A stretch of 64,000 nucleotides of DNA, from contig CAIWKO010000060.1 of NCBI GenBank assembly GCA_903913285.1, forward strand, positions 55,898 to 119,897, given 5' to 3'. Positions 1 through 8,849 of the stretch are shown here, piece by piece (the first letter of the stretch is position 1; each line of letters opens with the position of its first letter). The translations under genes were made by a program, and so were the position numbers. This DNA comes from an uncultured Bacteroidales bacterium. Its GTDB lineage: Bacteria > Bacteroidota > Bacteroidia > Bacteroidales > CAIWKO01. Below the pieces are notes generated by a model. It was not told the origin of the DNA. It worked only from the letters and a program-made list of their open reading frames with translations, and searched no databases.

Positions 1-1
1 T

Positions 2-733
2 GCAACAGGTTCAACAGGGGATGGTTATAATTTTGCCACTATAACAGGTCACCATGTTTCACCGCTTCATCCATTACTGGTTCCGCTTCGGGCTTCCGAG
101 CATTTTATTAAAAGTTTAAGCGGTTTGCATCTTAAAAATATTGCTGTCACAGTTTTTATTGAAGGCATAAAAAAGCACGAAGCCTTTGGTGAATTGGAAT
201 TTAATGATTATGGAATTGAAGGCCCGATCGTACTTTCGTTGAGCAGAAAATGCATTTATGACATAATGGCAGACAAAAAGATTGTTTTCAGATTGGATCT
301 TAAGCCTGGATTATCAGATATACAATTAGACAATCGATTAAAGCGAGACATGAATTCTTTGGGAAAACTTGGTTTATACGAATTGCTCAGGGGTTTATTG
401 CCACAACAGCTACTAAAAGTATTTATTGAAAAACTTGGTATCAGCGCCGACAAAAAGTGCGGTCAGTTAACTTCTGCTGAACGTGAAAACATTCTGCACT
501 TACTGAAAAACTTCGATATCACTATTATAGGACATGCCGGATACGAGCGGGCTATCATCACAGGAGGCGGAGTTTCTGTAAAGGAGATACATCCGAAAAC
601 AATGGAATCGAAATTGGTGAAGAATTTGTATTTTATTGGTGAAGTGTTAGATCTGGATGCCGATACAGGTGGCTATAATCTGCAAATTGCATTCTCGACA
701 GGATATCTGGCGGGAATTTCAATAAAAAGATAA
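2..733 (+). CDS. HI0933/BaiN-family NAD(P)/FAD-dependent flavoprotein, 5'-truncated by window edge
   Basis: Frame open from position 2 (ATGSTGDGY...). C-terminal motifs TGGGVSVKEIHPKTMESK and GEVLDLDADTGGYNLQIAFSTG are typical of HI0933-like proteins. Confidence 0.9.
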   Translation, partial: ATGSTGDGYNFATITGHHVSPLHPLLVPLRASEHFIKSLSGLHLKNIAVTVFIEGIKKHEAFGELEFNDYGIEGPIVLSLSRKCIYDIMADKKIVFRLDLKPGLSDIQLDNRLKRDMNSLGKLGLYELLRGLLPQQLLKVFIEKLGISADKKCGQLTSAERENILHLLKNFDITIIGHAGYERAIITGGGVSVKEIHPKTMESKLVKNLYFIGEVLDLDADTGGYNLQIAFSTGYLAGISIKR

Positions 734-754
734 AAACTGATTTATTAAAGTGGC

Positions 755-782
755 AAAAAAAACCTCCGTAATCCGGAGGTTC
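755..782 (-). terminator. Rho-independent terminator after rplS (possibly bidirectional)
   Basis: AACCTCCG-TAATC-CGGAGGTT hairpin flanked by an A8 tract (U-tract on minus strand), between convergent genes. Confidence 0.75.
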
Positions 783-787
783 TGAGT

Positions 788-1159
788 TTATTTTTTTACT
801 TGTGCTTTCTTCTTTTCTTTGATACGTGCTTTCTTACCAGTTAAGTCTCTCAGGTAGAAAATACGAGCTCTGCGAACAGCACCTCTTTTGTTTAGTTCAA
901 TTTTATCAATGAATGGTGAAGCAACCGGAAAAATTCTTTCCACACCAATATTGCCTGACATTTTGCGAACTGTAAAAGTTTCTCTGCTGCCTTCGCCGGA
1001 ACGTTGAATAACAACACCCTGAAATTGCTGAATACGTTCTTTGTTACCTTCTTTGATTTTATAATGTACGGTTATGGTATCTCCTGCTTTAAACACCGGG
1101 AATTCGGGCATAACATTCAATTCACCTTCAACAAATTTTAAAATTTCCGTCTGATTCAT
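788..1159 (-). CDS. rplS: 50S ribosomal protein L19
   Basis: [42 protein letters not shown] and [10 protein letters not shown] motifs; lies downstream of trmD. Confidence 0.98.
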   Translation of the reverse strand: MNQTEILKFVEGELNVMPEFPVFKAGDTITVHYKIKEGNKERIQQFQGVVIQRSGEGSRETFTVRKMSGNIGVERIFPVASPFIDKIELNKRGAVRRARIFYLRDLTGKKARIKEKKKAQVKK

Positions 1160-1255
1160 GACAATGCTTTTTTGAAATTGGAGTGCAAAAATACACTTTT
1201 TTTTAAACTATTAAGCACTATTTCAATTTTTTTATAAAGATTTCTTGAAAAAGCT

Positions 1256-1939
1256 TTATTCTTGTTCGTTTAGCATATCGGGACGACAGGTTTTGGTTCT
1301 TTCAACCGACTTTTCATAACGCCATTTAACAATTTCACTATCGTTGCCGGATAATAAAATATCAGGTACCAACATGCCTTTATAATTTGCCGGTCGAGTG
1401 TAAACAGGAGGTGCCAATAAATTATTCTGAAACGAATCGGACAAAGCAGAAGTTTCATCTCCCAACACACCGGGAATCAATCTAATTATTGAATCGCAAA
1501 GAACTATTGCGGCCAATTCACCTCCTGATAATACATAATTTCCTATTGATATTTCCCGGGTAATATAGTTCTGTCTGACTCTCTCATCTATGCCTTTGTA
1601 ATGTCCGCATAAAATGATGATATTCCCAAAAGTTGATAAATGATTGGCAACTTTTTGATCCAATAATTCCCCATCGGGGCTGGTATAAATTACTTCATCA
1701 TAGGTGCGTTCTTCTTTAAGTTTATCAATACAAGCAGCTATAGGCTCTATCATCATCACCATTCCGGCACCACCTCCATAAGGATAATCATCAACATTTT
1801 TATGCTTGTTTTGCGAATAATCGCGAAGATTATGAAAATGTATATCAACAATCCCTTTATCTTTCGCCCTTTTAATAATTGAGTAGGCAAAAGGGCTTTC
1901 GAATATTTCAGGAAAAATTGTAATTATATCAATTCGCAT
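1256..1939 (-). CDS. trmD: tRNA (guanine-N1)-methyltransferase TrmD
   Basis: [35 protein letters not shown] and [14 protein letters not shown]. Start moved to ATG at 1939. Confidence 0.97.
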   Translation of the reverse strand: MRIDIITIFPEIFESPFAYSIIKRAKDKGIVDIHFHNLRDYSQNKHKNVDDYPYGGGAGMVMMIEPIAACIDKLKEERTYDEVIYTSPDGELLDQKVANHLSTFGNIIILCGHYKGIDERVRQNYITREISIGNYVLSGGELAAIVLCDSIIRLIPGVLGDETSALSDSFQNNLLAPPVYTRPANYKGMLVPDILLSGNDSEIVKWRYEKSVERTKTCRPDMLNEQE

Positions 1940-1999
1940 TGGATTTCTTTTCCACAAAATTACTTTAAAAATTATTTTTTATAGAAATAAATTTTGTCA

Positions 2000-2022
2000 T
2001 TATTTAGAATTTATCTAAATTA
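2000..2022. promoter_or_regulatory. Palindromic putative iron-responsive (Fur-like) operator upstream of feoAB
   Basis: TTATTTAGAATTTATCTAAATTA dyad (ATTTAGA-N5-TCTAAAT) about 20 bp upstream of the feo start. Confidence 0.6.
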
Positions 2023-2041
2023 GCGGTCTGAAATAATTAAA

Positions 2042-4561
2042 ATGACCCTGGCGGAACTTAAAAAAATAGGTGAAAGTGCAGAAATCACTAAGATAAGAGG
2101 ACGTGGTGCATTCAGAAGAAGGGTGATGGAAATGGGATTGGTGGTCGGAGAAACCATATCTCTTGTCAGAAAAGCGCCGATGAAAGACCCTGTTGAGTAT
2201 AAGATCAAGGGGTATAAAATTATTTTACGCAACAGCGAAGCAAAACTTATCGAAGTTGATAATACCATAGTGCAAAAAGAAAAGAATGTAAATTTCGAAA
2301 CACAGGTATTAAGTTCGCACAAGAGAAATGAAAGCAACATCGCGAAAAGTTTCACTATTGCTTTGATTGGCAACAGCACATCAGGGAAAACAACTATTTT
2401 CAATTATCTGACAAAACAAAACGAACGTGTTGGGAACTATGCCGGTGTCACAATTGAGTTAAAAAAAGGCCAGACCGAACACCGCGGATATAAAATTGAT
2501 ATTATTGACATGCCCGGTGTTTATGCTTTATCGGGCGAGCAACTTCAAAATAATACACTCCGGGAGCTTTTGTTTGATTCGTTGCCGGATGTAATTATTA
2601 ATGTAGTGGATGCAACAAATCTCGAACGCAGCCTATATCTGACTACCGACCTTATAGATTCAGACCTCAAAGTTATTATGGCTCTGAACATGTATGATGA
2701 TTTTATCAAGATCAACAGCATAATCGATTTCAGTTTGTTGGGAAAACTGACAGGAATTCCGGTAACCCCCGTGACTGCCGTAAAATCGAAAGGAATTGAT
2801 GAATTACTGAATAAGGCTATTGAAGTTTATGAAGATAAAGACCTCGATCTACGGCACATTCATATTAATTATGGCGAACAACTCGAAGAATCGATAAAAA
2901 ATATACAATCGAAAATTAAAATAGCTGAAAATTCGGAGGTAACTAATATTATATCAAGCCGGTTTCTGGCTATTAAACTCCTTCAAAACGATACCATTTC
3001 TCACAACCAAATAAAACTCTGTTCGAACAACGAGGAAATTAACCGAACAGTTGTAAAAGAAAAAGAACAAATTGAAAAATCGTTCAAGATGAGTTCAGAA
3101 CAACTCATCACGGAATATAAATACGGTTTTATAAACGGTGCACTGAAAGAAACTCTGGAAACATTGAAGGAAACTAAAAGCGCCACCGAAACTCTCGACA
3201 GCATTTTAACACATAAGCTTTTCGGATTGCCCATTTTCTTTTTCTTTATGTGGGTGATGTTTACCGCAACTTTTAAGCTCGGGAGCTATCCGATGACCTG
3301 GATCGAATCGTTGGTTAGTTTTATATCTTCGTTCACGGCGCAAAATATGCCCAACGGTACGTTTAAAGATCTGCTGATCGATGGTGTTATCAGTGGTGTG
3401 GGAGGTGTTTTGGTTTTTTTACCCAACATTCTGATACTGTATTTTTTTATTTCGCTTATGGAGGATACGGGCTATATGTCGCGGGCGGTGTTCATCATGG
3501 ATAAGATCATGCATAAAATAGGGCTGCACGGCAAATCGTTCATACCTTTGGTGATGGGATTCGGATGCAATGTGCCGGGCATTTTGGCCAGCCGTATGCT
3601 CGAAAATAAAAAAGAACGTATCATCACCATTTTAATTAACCCGTTTATTTCGTGCAACGCGCGTTTGCCGGTTTATATTTTATTCATCACGGCATTTTTT
3701 CCGACAAGTTCCGGAACTGTTCTTTTTGCTATTTATTTCACCGGAATATTGATGGCTGTTTTAACGGCTTTGCTGCTGAAACGATTTATGAAACGTACGC
3801 ACGATAATCCTTTTGTGATGGAACTTCCCCCCTACCGGACGCCCAAAGGAAAAATGATCGTGAAGAACATGTGGAGCAAATCGGCACAGTATCTGAAGAA
3901 AATTGGAGGGGTGATATTGATAGCTTCCGTTATTTTTTGGGCACTGAGTTATTTTCCCACTCAGGTGAAATATACCAGAAATTATCATCAGGAAATTGAA
4001 GACATCAATAAAAAGACGGCAATCGCGCAAAGCGTTTTGTTGCCTTCGGACACTGCTAAACTGAGGATGTTGAACAATGAGAAACAACATGCGCTAACAG
4101 AGGTGATGCTGGCGCAAAAAAGCGAACATAAGGAGCTTTCGTTTTTGGGAATGTTCGGGCATTTTATTGAACCCGTGATCAAACCGCTGGGGTTCGACTG
4201 GAGGATCGGTATCAGTATTATTGCAGGGGTTCCTGCTAAAGAAATTATTGTAAGTTCGCTGTCGGTGCTGTATCAGGTTGATAACAGCGCCGGGGAACAT
4301 AACACTACACTGGTGAAACGGATACAATCGCAAACTTATGTTACCGGCGAAAAGAAAGGAAAAAAGATCTTCGACCCTGCAGTGGCGCTTGCTTTTATGA
4401 TATTTGTGTTGTTGTATATACCGTGCATTGGCACTTTGACTGCCATCGGGCGCGAAACAGGAAGCTGGAAATGGAGCGCTTTTTCGGTGGTTTATTCGTT
4501 TGCACTGGCGTGGATACTGGCATTTGCGGTGTATCATGTGGGGAGTTGGTTTTTGGGTTGA
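2042..4561 (+). CDS. feoB: Ferrous iron transporter FeoB with fused N-terminal FeoA domain
   Basis: N-terminal FeoA (RRRVMEMGL..G..I..VRKAPMKDPVEY). GTPase motifs GNSTSGKT, VGNYAGVT, DMPG and NMYD. Membrane gate motifs MGFGCNVP, PFVMELPPYR and LLYIPC. Confidence 0.96.
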   Translation: MTLAELKKIGESAEITKIRGRGAFRRRVMEMGLVVGETISLVRKAPMKDPVEYKIKGYKIILRNSEAKLIEVDNTIVQKEKNVNFETQVLSSHKRNESNIAKSFTIALIGNSTSGKTTIFNYLTKQNERVGNYAGVTIELKKGQTEHRGYKIDIIDMPGVYALSGEQLQNNTLRELLFDSLPDVIINVVDATNLERSLYLTTDLIDSDLKVIMALNMYDDFIKINSIIDFSLLGKLTGIPVTPVTAVKSKGIDELLNKAIEVYEDKDLDLRHIHINYGEQLEESIKNIQSKIKIAENSEVTNIISSRFLAIKLLQNDTISHNQIKLCSNNEEINRTVVKEKEQIEKSFKMSSEQLITEYKYGFINGALKETLETLKETKSATETLDSILTHKLFGLPIFFFFMWVMFTATFKLGSYPMTWIESLVSFISSFTAQNMPNGTFKDLLIDGVISGVGGVLVFLPNILILYFFISLMEDTGYMSRAVFIMDKIMHKIGLHGKSFIPLVMGFGCNVPGILASRMLENKKERIITILINPFISCNARLPVYILFITAFFPTSSGTVLFAIYFTGILMAVLTALLLKRFMKRTHDNPFVMELPPYRTPKGKMIVKNMWSKSAQYLKKIGGVILIASVIFWALSYFPTQVKYTRNYHQEIEDINKKTAIAQSVLLPSDTAKLRMLNNEKQHALTEVMLAQKSEHKELSFLGMFGHFIEPVIKPLGFDWRIGISIIAGVPAKEIIVSSLSVLYQVDNSAGEHNTTLVKRIQSQTYVTGEKKGKKIFDPAVALAFMIFVLLYIPCIGTLTAIGRETGSWKWSAFSVVYSFALAWILAFAVYHVGSWFLG

Positions 4562-4563
4562 TT

Positions 4564-4694
4564 GGAAGATGGAAGACCGAAGATGGAAGCACGAAGAGGA
4601 AGACCGAAGACGGAAGACGGAAGACCGAAGACGGAAGACCAAAGACGGAAGCACGAAGTCGGAAGACCGAAGTCGGAAGACCGAAGTTGGAAGG
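4564..4694 (+). repeat. Degenerate heptamer tandem array (GGAAGAC/CGAAGAC)
   Basis: About 18 imperfect 7-bp units starting immediately after the feoB stop codon. Confidence 0.9.
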
Positions 4695-4715
4695 AAAGGC
4701 TTGTGGCTAATTGCT

Positions 4716-4752
4716 AATTACTAATTTTACCCTGAGCGTAGTCGAAGGGCGC
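4716..4752 (+). repeat. Dispersed REP-like element (CCCTGAGCGTAGTCGAAGGG core), copy 1
   Basis: 37-bp exact reverse complement of 8685-8721. Confidence 0.8.
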
Positions 4753-4765
4753 AAATCACTAAAGA

Positions 4766-4945
4766 ATGACACAATTTATCATAACACTGGTTGTAGTTTT
4801 TGCTGCGGTTTTGGCTGCGGGGTACCTGATTTATAAACGCTTTAAAAAGAAAGCGAAAAAAGCGGATTGTTGTAACGGATGTTCGGAGGAATGCGGAGAT
4901 TGTGCTTTTTATAGGGAGGTTGGCAGGAAGAAAAATGAGTATTGA
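4766..4945 (+). CDS. FeoB-associated Cys-rich small membrane protein (59 aa, not in ORF track)
   Basis: Manual translation MTQFIITLVVVFAAVLAAGYLIYKRFKKKAKKADCCNGCSEECGDCAFYREVGRKKNEY*: one TM helix, basic patch, Cys cluster, downstream of feoB. Confidence 0.85.
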   Translation: MTQFIITLVVVFAAVLAAGYLIYKRFKKKAKKADCCNGCSEECGDCAFYREVGRKKNEY

Positions 4946-5259
4946 ATGTTGATGACGTTGCTCCTAATTAACATGGGATATTTTAATATTTATGAACCTT
5001 GACCAAAAGAAAGATCTTAAGTGAAAGAATAACATTAGTGCAACCATCATTGAAATGTCTATTGCTTGAAGTTCGGTTTGCAAATCAATTGAAATTTGAG
5101 AGAAATTTTCTTCATCCTGCCATCATGTCAAACAATACAACTTTCCAGTCTGAACAAACGCCCTAAAATTGCTCCTTTTTCCACATAAATTTCATTCTTT
5201 TCACCCCAAAAACATTCATTTCTTTGCCAATTAAAATATATTGCTGTAAAATAGCATGT

Positions 5260-5552
5260 TAAAGTAAAATTGGAAGCAGCTAAAGTAAAATTGGAAGCTT
5301 TTAAAGTAAAATTGGAAGCAATTAAAGTAAAATTGGAAGCCAAAAAAGCATTCTTGAACGAGTTAATACTAAAATTGGATGCATCTAAAGTAAAATTGGA
5401 AGGCACTGAAGTAAAATTGTAAGGCACTAAAGTGAAATTGCAACCTCATATGTATCCTGGAACACTGCTAAAGTCTTCTGGAAAGGTGCTAAAGTAAAAT
5501 TGCAGGCTGCTAAAGTAAAATTGCAAGCCGCTCACGCATTCTTGGAAGGCGG
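5260..5552 (+). repeat. 21-bp tandem array, consensus TAAAGTAAAATTGGAAGCNNN (~14 units)
   Basis: Units at 5260, 5281, 5302, 5323 ... 5490, 5511. One 20-nt unit (5449-5468) and several diverged units. Confidence 0.9.
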
Positions 5553-5708
5553 TTACGTGAGTCATATTTTTGACTCAAGTAATATTTCTTCCCAAAAAAG
5601 TAAAATTGCAACCAAAAATACCATTCCCGGAGCAAAACCTCAAAAACATCTCTGTGTCCCAATTTACTTGCTACCTGTTACCTTTTACCAGTTACCTGTT
5701 ACTTTAGT

Positions 5709-6872
5709 TCACTTCTTCAAAGGATGCGCGTACGTTATTACATCGTCGGCGGTTATTTTCTGGTCGCAGAGGATGATGAGGCGTTCGACGACGTTGCGCA
5801 GTTCGCGGATGTTGCCGGTCCATTTTATTTTTTGAAGTTGCTGCATGGCGTCGGGTTGAACTTTTAGCATAGGCCGACCCTGACTTTGACATATTTCGGC
5901 CACAAAATAATCGACCAGCAAGGGAATGTCGTCCATACGATCGTTAAGCGACGGGACTTCGATCAGGATCACACTCAAACGGTGATAAAGGTCTTCACGG
6001 AAAGTGTTTTTGGCGATTTCTTGTTCCAGATCTTTGTTGGTGGCAGCAATAACGCGAACGTTGACGGGAATATCTTTTTCGCCGCCGACGCGGGTGATCT
6101 TGTTTTCCTGCAAGGCACGCAGCACTTTAGCCTGCGCGGAAAGGCTCATGTCGCCAATTTCGTCGAGAAAGATGGTTCCGCCGTCGGCTTGTTCGAAATC
6201 GCCTTTGCGCTGTTTGATGGCAGAGGTGAATGAGCCTTTTTCGTGACCGAAAAGCTGGCTTTCGATGAGCTCGGAAGGGATGGCAGCGCAGTTGACCTCG
6301 ATGAAGGGATAGGAAGAGCGTTTGCTTTTTTCGTGGAGCCAATGCGCCACGAGTTCTTTGCCGGTTCCGTTGGCGCCCGTGATGAGAACACGAGCATCGG
6401 TTGGAGCCACGCGTTCGATCATGTCTTTGATGCGTTTGATAGCCATTGATTCGCCAATCATTTCCCAGTTTTTGCTGACTTTCTTTTTGAGAGCCTTGGT
6501 TTCGGTGATGAGTGTTGATTTGTCGAGGGCGTTTCGCAAGGTGATGAGCAAACGGTTGAGATCTAAAGGTTTCGCGATGAAATCGTAAGCGCCGAGTTTG
6601 ATGGATTCGACTGCGGTGTCGATATTGCCGTGACCCGAGATCATGATGACCGGGGTGTCTGTTTTTAGCATTATGGCTTTCAACACCTCGATGCCGTCCA
6701 TTTTCGGCATTTTGATGTCGCAAAGTATGACGTCGTATTTTTCTTTTTCGACGAACTGCAACCCTTCACTTCCGTCGCAGGCATCATCTACCTGGTATTT
6801 TTCGTATTCGAGAATTTCGCGTAGGGTGTTGCGGATGCTTTTTTCGTCGTCGATTACTAAGATCTTTGCCAT
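5709..6872 (-). CDS. Sigma-54-interacting response regulator (NtrC/NtrX-like; receiver + AAA+, no evident HTH)
   Basis: Receiver ILVIDDE/CDIKMP, Walker A GANGTGKE, ESQLFGHEKGSFTSA, LFLDEIG-like Walker B, FREDLYHRL and WTGNIRELRN. Confidence 0.92.
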   Translation of the reverse strand: MAKILVIDDEKSIRNTLREILEYEKYQVDDACDGSEGLQFVEKEKYDVILCDIKMPKMDGIEVLKAIMLKTDTPVIMISGHGNIDTAVESIKLGAYDFIAKPLDLNRLLITLRNALDKSTLITETKALKKKVSKNWEMIGESMAIKRIKDMIERVAPTDARVLITGANGTGKELVAHWLHEKSKRSSYPFIEVNCAAIPSELIESQLFGHEKGSFTSAIKQRKGDFEQADGGTIFLDEIGDMSLSAQAKVLRALQENKITRVGGEKDIPVNVRVIAATNKDLEQEIAKNTFREDLYHRLSVILIEVPSLNDRMDDIPLLVDYFVAEICQSQGRPMLKVQPDAMQQLQKIKWTGNIRELRNVVERLIILCDQKITADDVITYAHPLKK

Positions 6873-6989
6873 TGTTTAGGGGTTTAGCGGTTTAGCAGTT
6901 TAGCAGTTTAGACTATTAGATTTTAGGTTTAAGATTGAGAGTTTAAACTGTCGATTTTTTTCTTCTGAATTCTTACTTCTGAATTCTTA

Positions 6990-8666
6990 TTATCCTTTTA
7001 GTTTGCGGTATTTGATTCTGCCCGGCCCCACATCGCCCAAGCGTTTCTTTTTGTTTTCTTCGTATTCGGAATAGGAGCCTTCGAAAAAGTATACCTGAGA
7101 GTCGCCCTCGAAAGCGAGAATATGGGTTGCGATGCGGTCGAGAAACCAACGGTCGTGGGAAATTACGACGGCACAACCGGCGAAATTTTCGAGACCTTCT
7201 TCCAAAGCGCGAAGGGTGTTTACATCGATATCGTTGGTAGGTTCATCGAGCAGGAGGACGTTGGCTTCCTGTTTGAGCGTGAGCGCCAGATGCAAGCGGT
7301 TGCGCTCGCCACCCGACAACACACCGGCTTTTTTGCCCTGGTCGGTGCCGCTGAAGTTGAAACGCGACACATAGGCCCTTGAGTTCATGGTGCGGTTGCC
7401 AAGTATGATGTTATCGAGGCCATCGGAAATTATTTCCCAAACGTTTTTTTCGGGATCGATCTCAACATGGGCCTGGTCGACATAGGCTATTTTAACGGTT
7501 TCGCCAATTTTAAAGGTTCCGGAATCGGGCTTTTCCAAGCCCATCATCATGCGGAAGAGCGTGGTTTTGCCGGCGCCGTTCGGACCTATAACACCGACGA
7601 TACCTCCCGGAGGAAGCATGAAGGATAGGTTTTCGTACAAGAGTTTATCGCCATAAGCCTTGGAAACTTTTTGAGCATCGATGACCACATCGCCCAAACG
7701 AGGGCCGTTGGGGATAAATATCTCGAGTTTTTCTTCTTTTTGTTTTACATCTTCGTTCAACATGCTTTCGTAGGAATTCAAACGTGCCTTGCCTTTGGCA
7801 TGACGTGCTTTGGGCGCCATGCGAACCCATTCGAGTTCGCGGGCGAGGGTTTTGGCACGTTTGCTTTCGGTTTTTTCTTCCTGCTGCAGGCGTTTGGTTT
7901 TTTGTTCGAGCCACGAAGTATAGTTTCCTTTCCAGGGAATACCTTCGCCGCGGTCGAGTTCGAGAATCCAACCGGCAACATTATCGAGAAAATAGCGGTC
8001 GTGGGTAACAGCAATCACGGTTCCTTTATACTGCTGCAAATGATGTTCGAGCCATTCGACCGATTCGGCATCCAAATGGTTGGTTGGCTCATCGAGCAGC
8101 AAAATGTCGGGCTCGGAAAGCAGGAGGCGGCACAAAGCCACCCGGCGACGCTCGCCACCGGAAAGATTTGCAATATTTACATCGCTTTCGGGACAGCGCA
8201 AGGCATCGAGGGCACGTTCGAGTTTGGTATCGAGTTCCCAGGCTTCGTGCTGGTCGAGCAATTCGGTGAGTTGCCCCTGACGGTCGATAAGCTTGCTCAT
8301 TTCATCGTCGGTCATGGGTTCGGCAAACTTGTTATTCACTTCTTCGTATTCTTTCAGCATGTCGACAATGGGCTGAACGCCTTCCTGAACGATCTCTTTA
8401 ACGGTTTTTGAATTATCGAGTTTGGGTTCCTGTTCGAGATAACCAACGGAATAGCCGGGCGAAAAAACCACTTCGCCGTTGAAAGAGGTTTCGATGCCTG
8501 CAATGATCTTAAGCAGGGTTGATTTACCGGAACCGTTGAGACCGATGACCCCAATTTTGGCACCATAATAAAATGAGAGATAAATATCTTTGAGAACCTG
8601 TTTGTTTGGCGGATACGTCTTGCTGACGTTCACCATCGAGAAAATTATTTTTTTATCGTCGGCCAT
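6990..8666 (-). CDS. ettA: Energy-dependent translational throttle protein EttA (ABC-F)
   Basis: Two ABC domains; LSFYYGAKIGVIGLNGSGKST, WILELDRGEGIPWKGNYTSWLEQK, ELEWVR; 558 aa. Confidence 0.95.
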   Translation of the reverse strand: MADDKKIIFSMVNVSKTYPPNKQVLKDIYLSFYYGAKIGVIGLNGSGKSTLLKIIAGIETSFNGEVVFSPGYSVGYLEQEPKLDNSKTVKEIVQEGVQPIVDMLKEYEEVNNKFAEPMTDDEMSKLIDRQGQLTELLDQHEAWELDTKLERALDALRCPESDVNIANLSGGERRRVALCRLLLSEPDILLLDEPTNHLDAESVEWLEHHLQQYKGTVIAVTHDRYFLDNVAGWILELDRGEGIPWKGNYTSWLEQKTKRLQQEEKTESKRAKTLARELEWVRMAPKARHAKGKARLNSYESMLNEDVKQKEEKLEIFIPNGPRLGDVVIDAQKVSKAYGDKLLYENLSFMLPPGGIVGVIGPNGAGKTTLFRMMMGLEKPDSGTFKIGETVKIAYVDQAHVEIDPEKNVWEIISDGLDNIILGNRTMNSRAYVSRFNFSGTDQGKKAGVLSGGERNRLHLALTLKQEANVLLLDEPTNDIDVNTLRALEEGLENFAGCAVVISHDRWFLDRIATHILAFEGDSQVYFFEGSYSEYEENKKKRLGDVGPGRIKYRKLKG

Positions 8667-8684
8667 TATTTGAGAATATGATTA

Positions 8685-8721
8685 GCGCCCTTCGACTACG
8701 CTCAGGGTAAAATTAGTAATT
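8685..8721 (-). repeat. Dispersed REP-like element, copy 2 (inverted)
   Basis: GCGCCCTTCGACTACGCTCAGGGTAAAATTAGTAATT is the reverse complement of 4716-4752. Confidence 0.8.
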
Positions 8722-8849
8722 TGTGATTTGTGATTTTACAAAATTAAACAATTTTGGCGGGATTATCCTATTCGGTATTTTTATAAAGAGTAAACAGATG
8801 AAAGAATTCTTTCAGCATAAAACACGCAAAATTAAAGCACTCCGGGCAT

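Noticed and set aside
4094-4724. ORFs 4094..4654, 4395..4592, 4423..4710 and 4500..4724
   Set aside because: They overlap feoB and run into the heptamer tract; low-complexity translations (KTEDGRR, SSVFRL).
5128-5835. ORFs 5128..5427 (-) and 5500..5835 (+) as real genes
   Set aside because: By-products of the 21-bp array; the plus-strand frame is broken by a stop and a frameshift, and the second ORF overlaps the NtrC-like gene.
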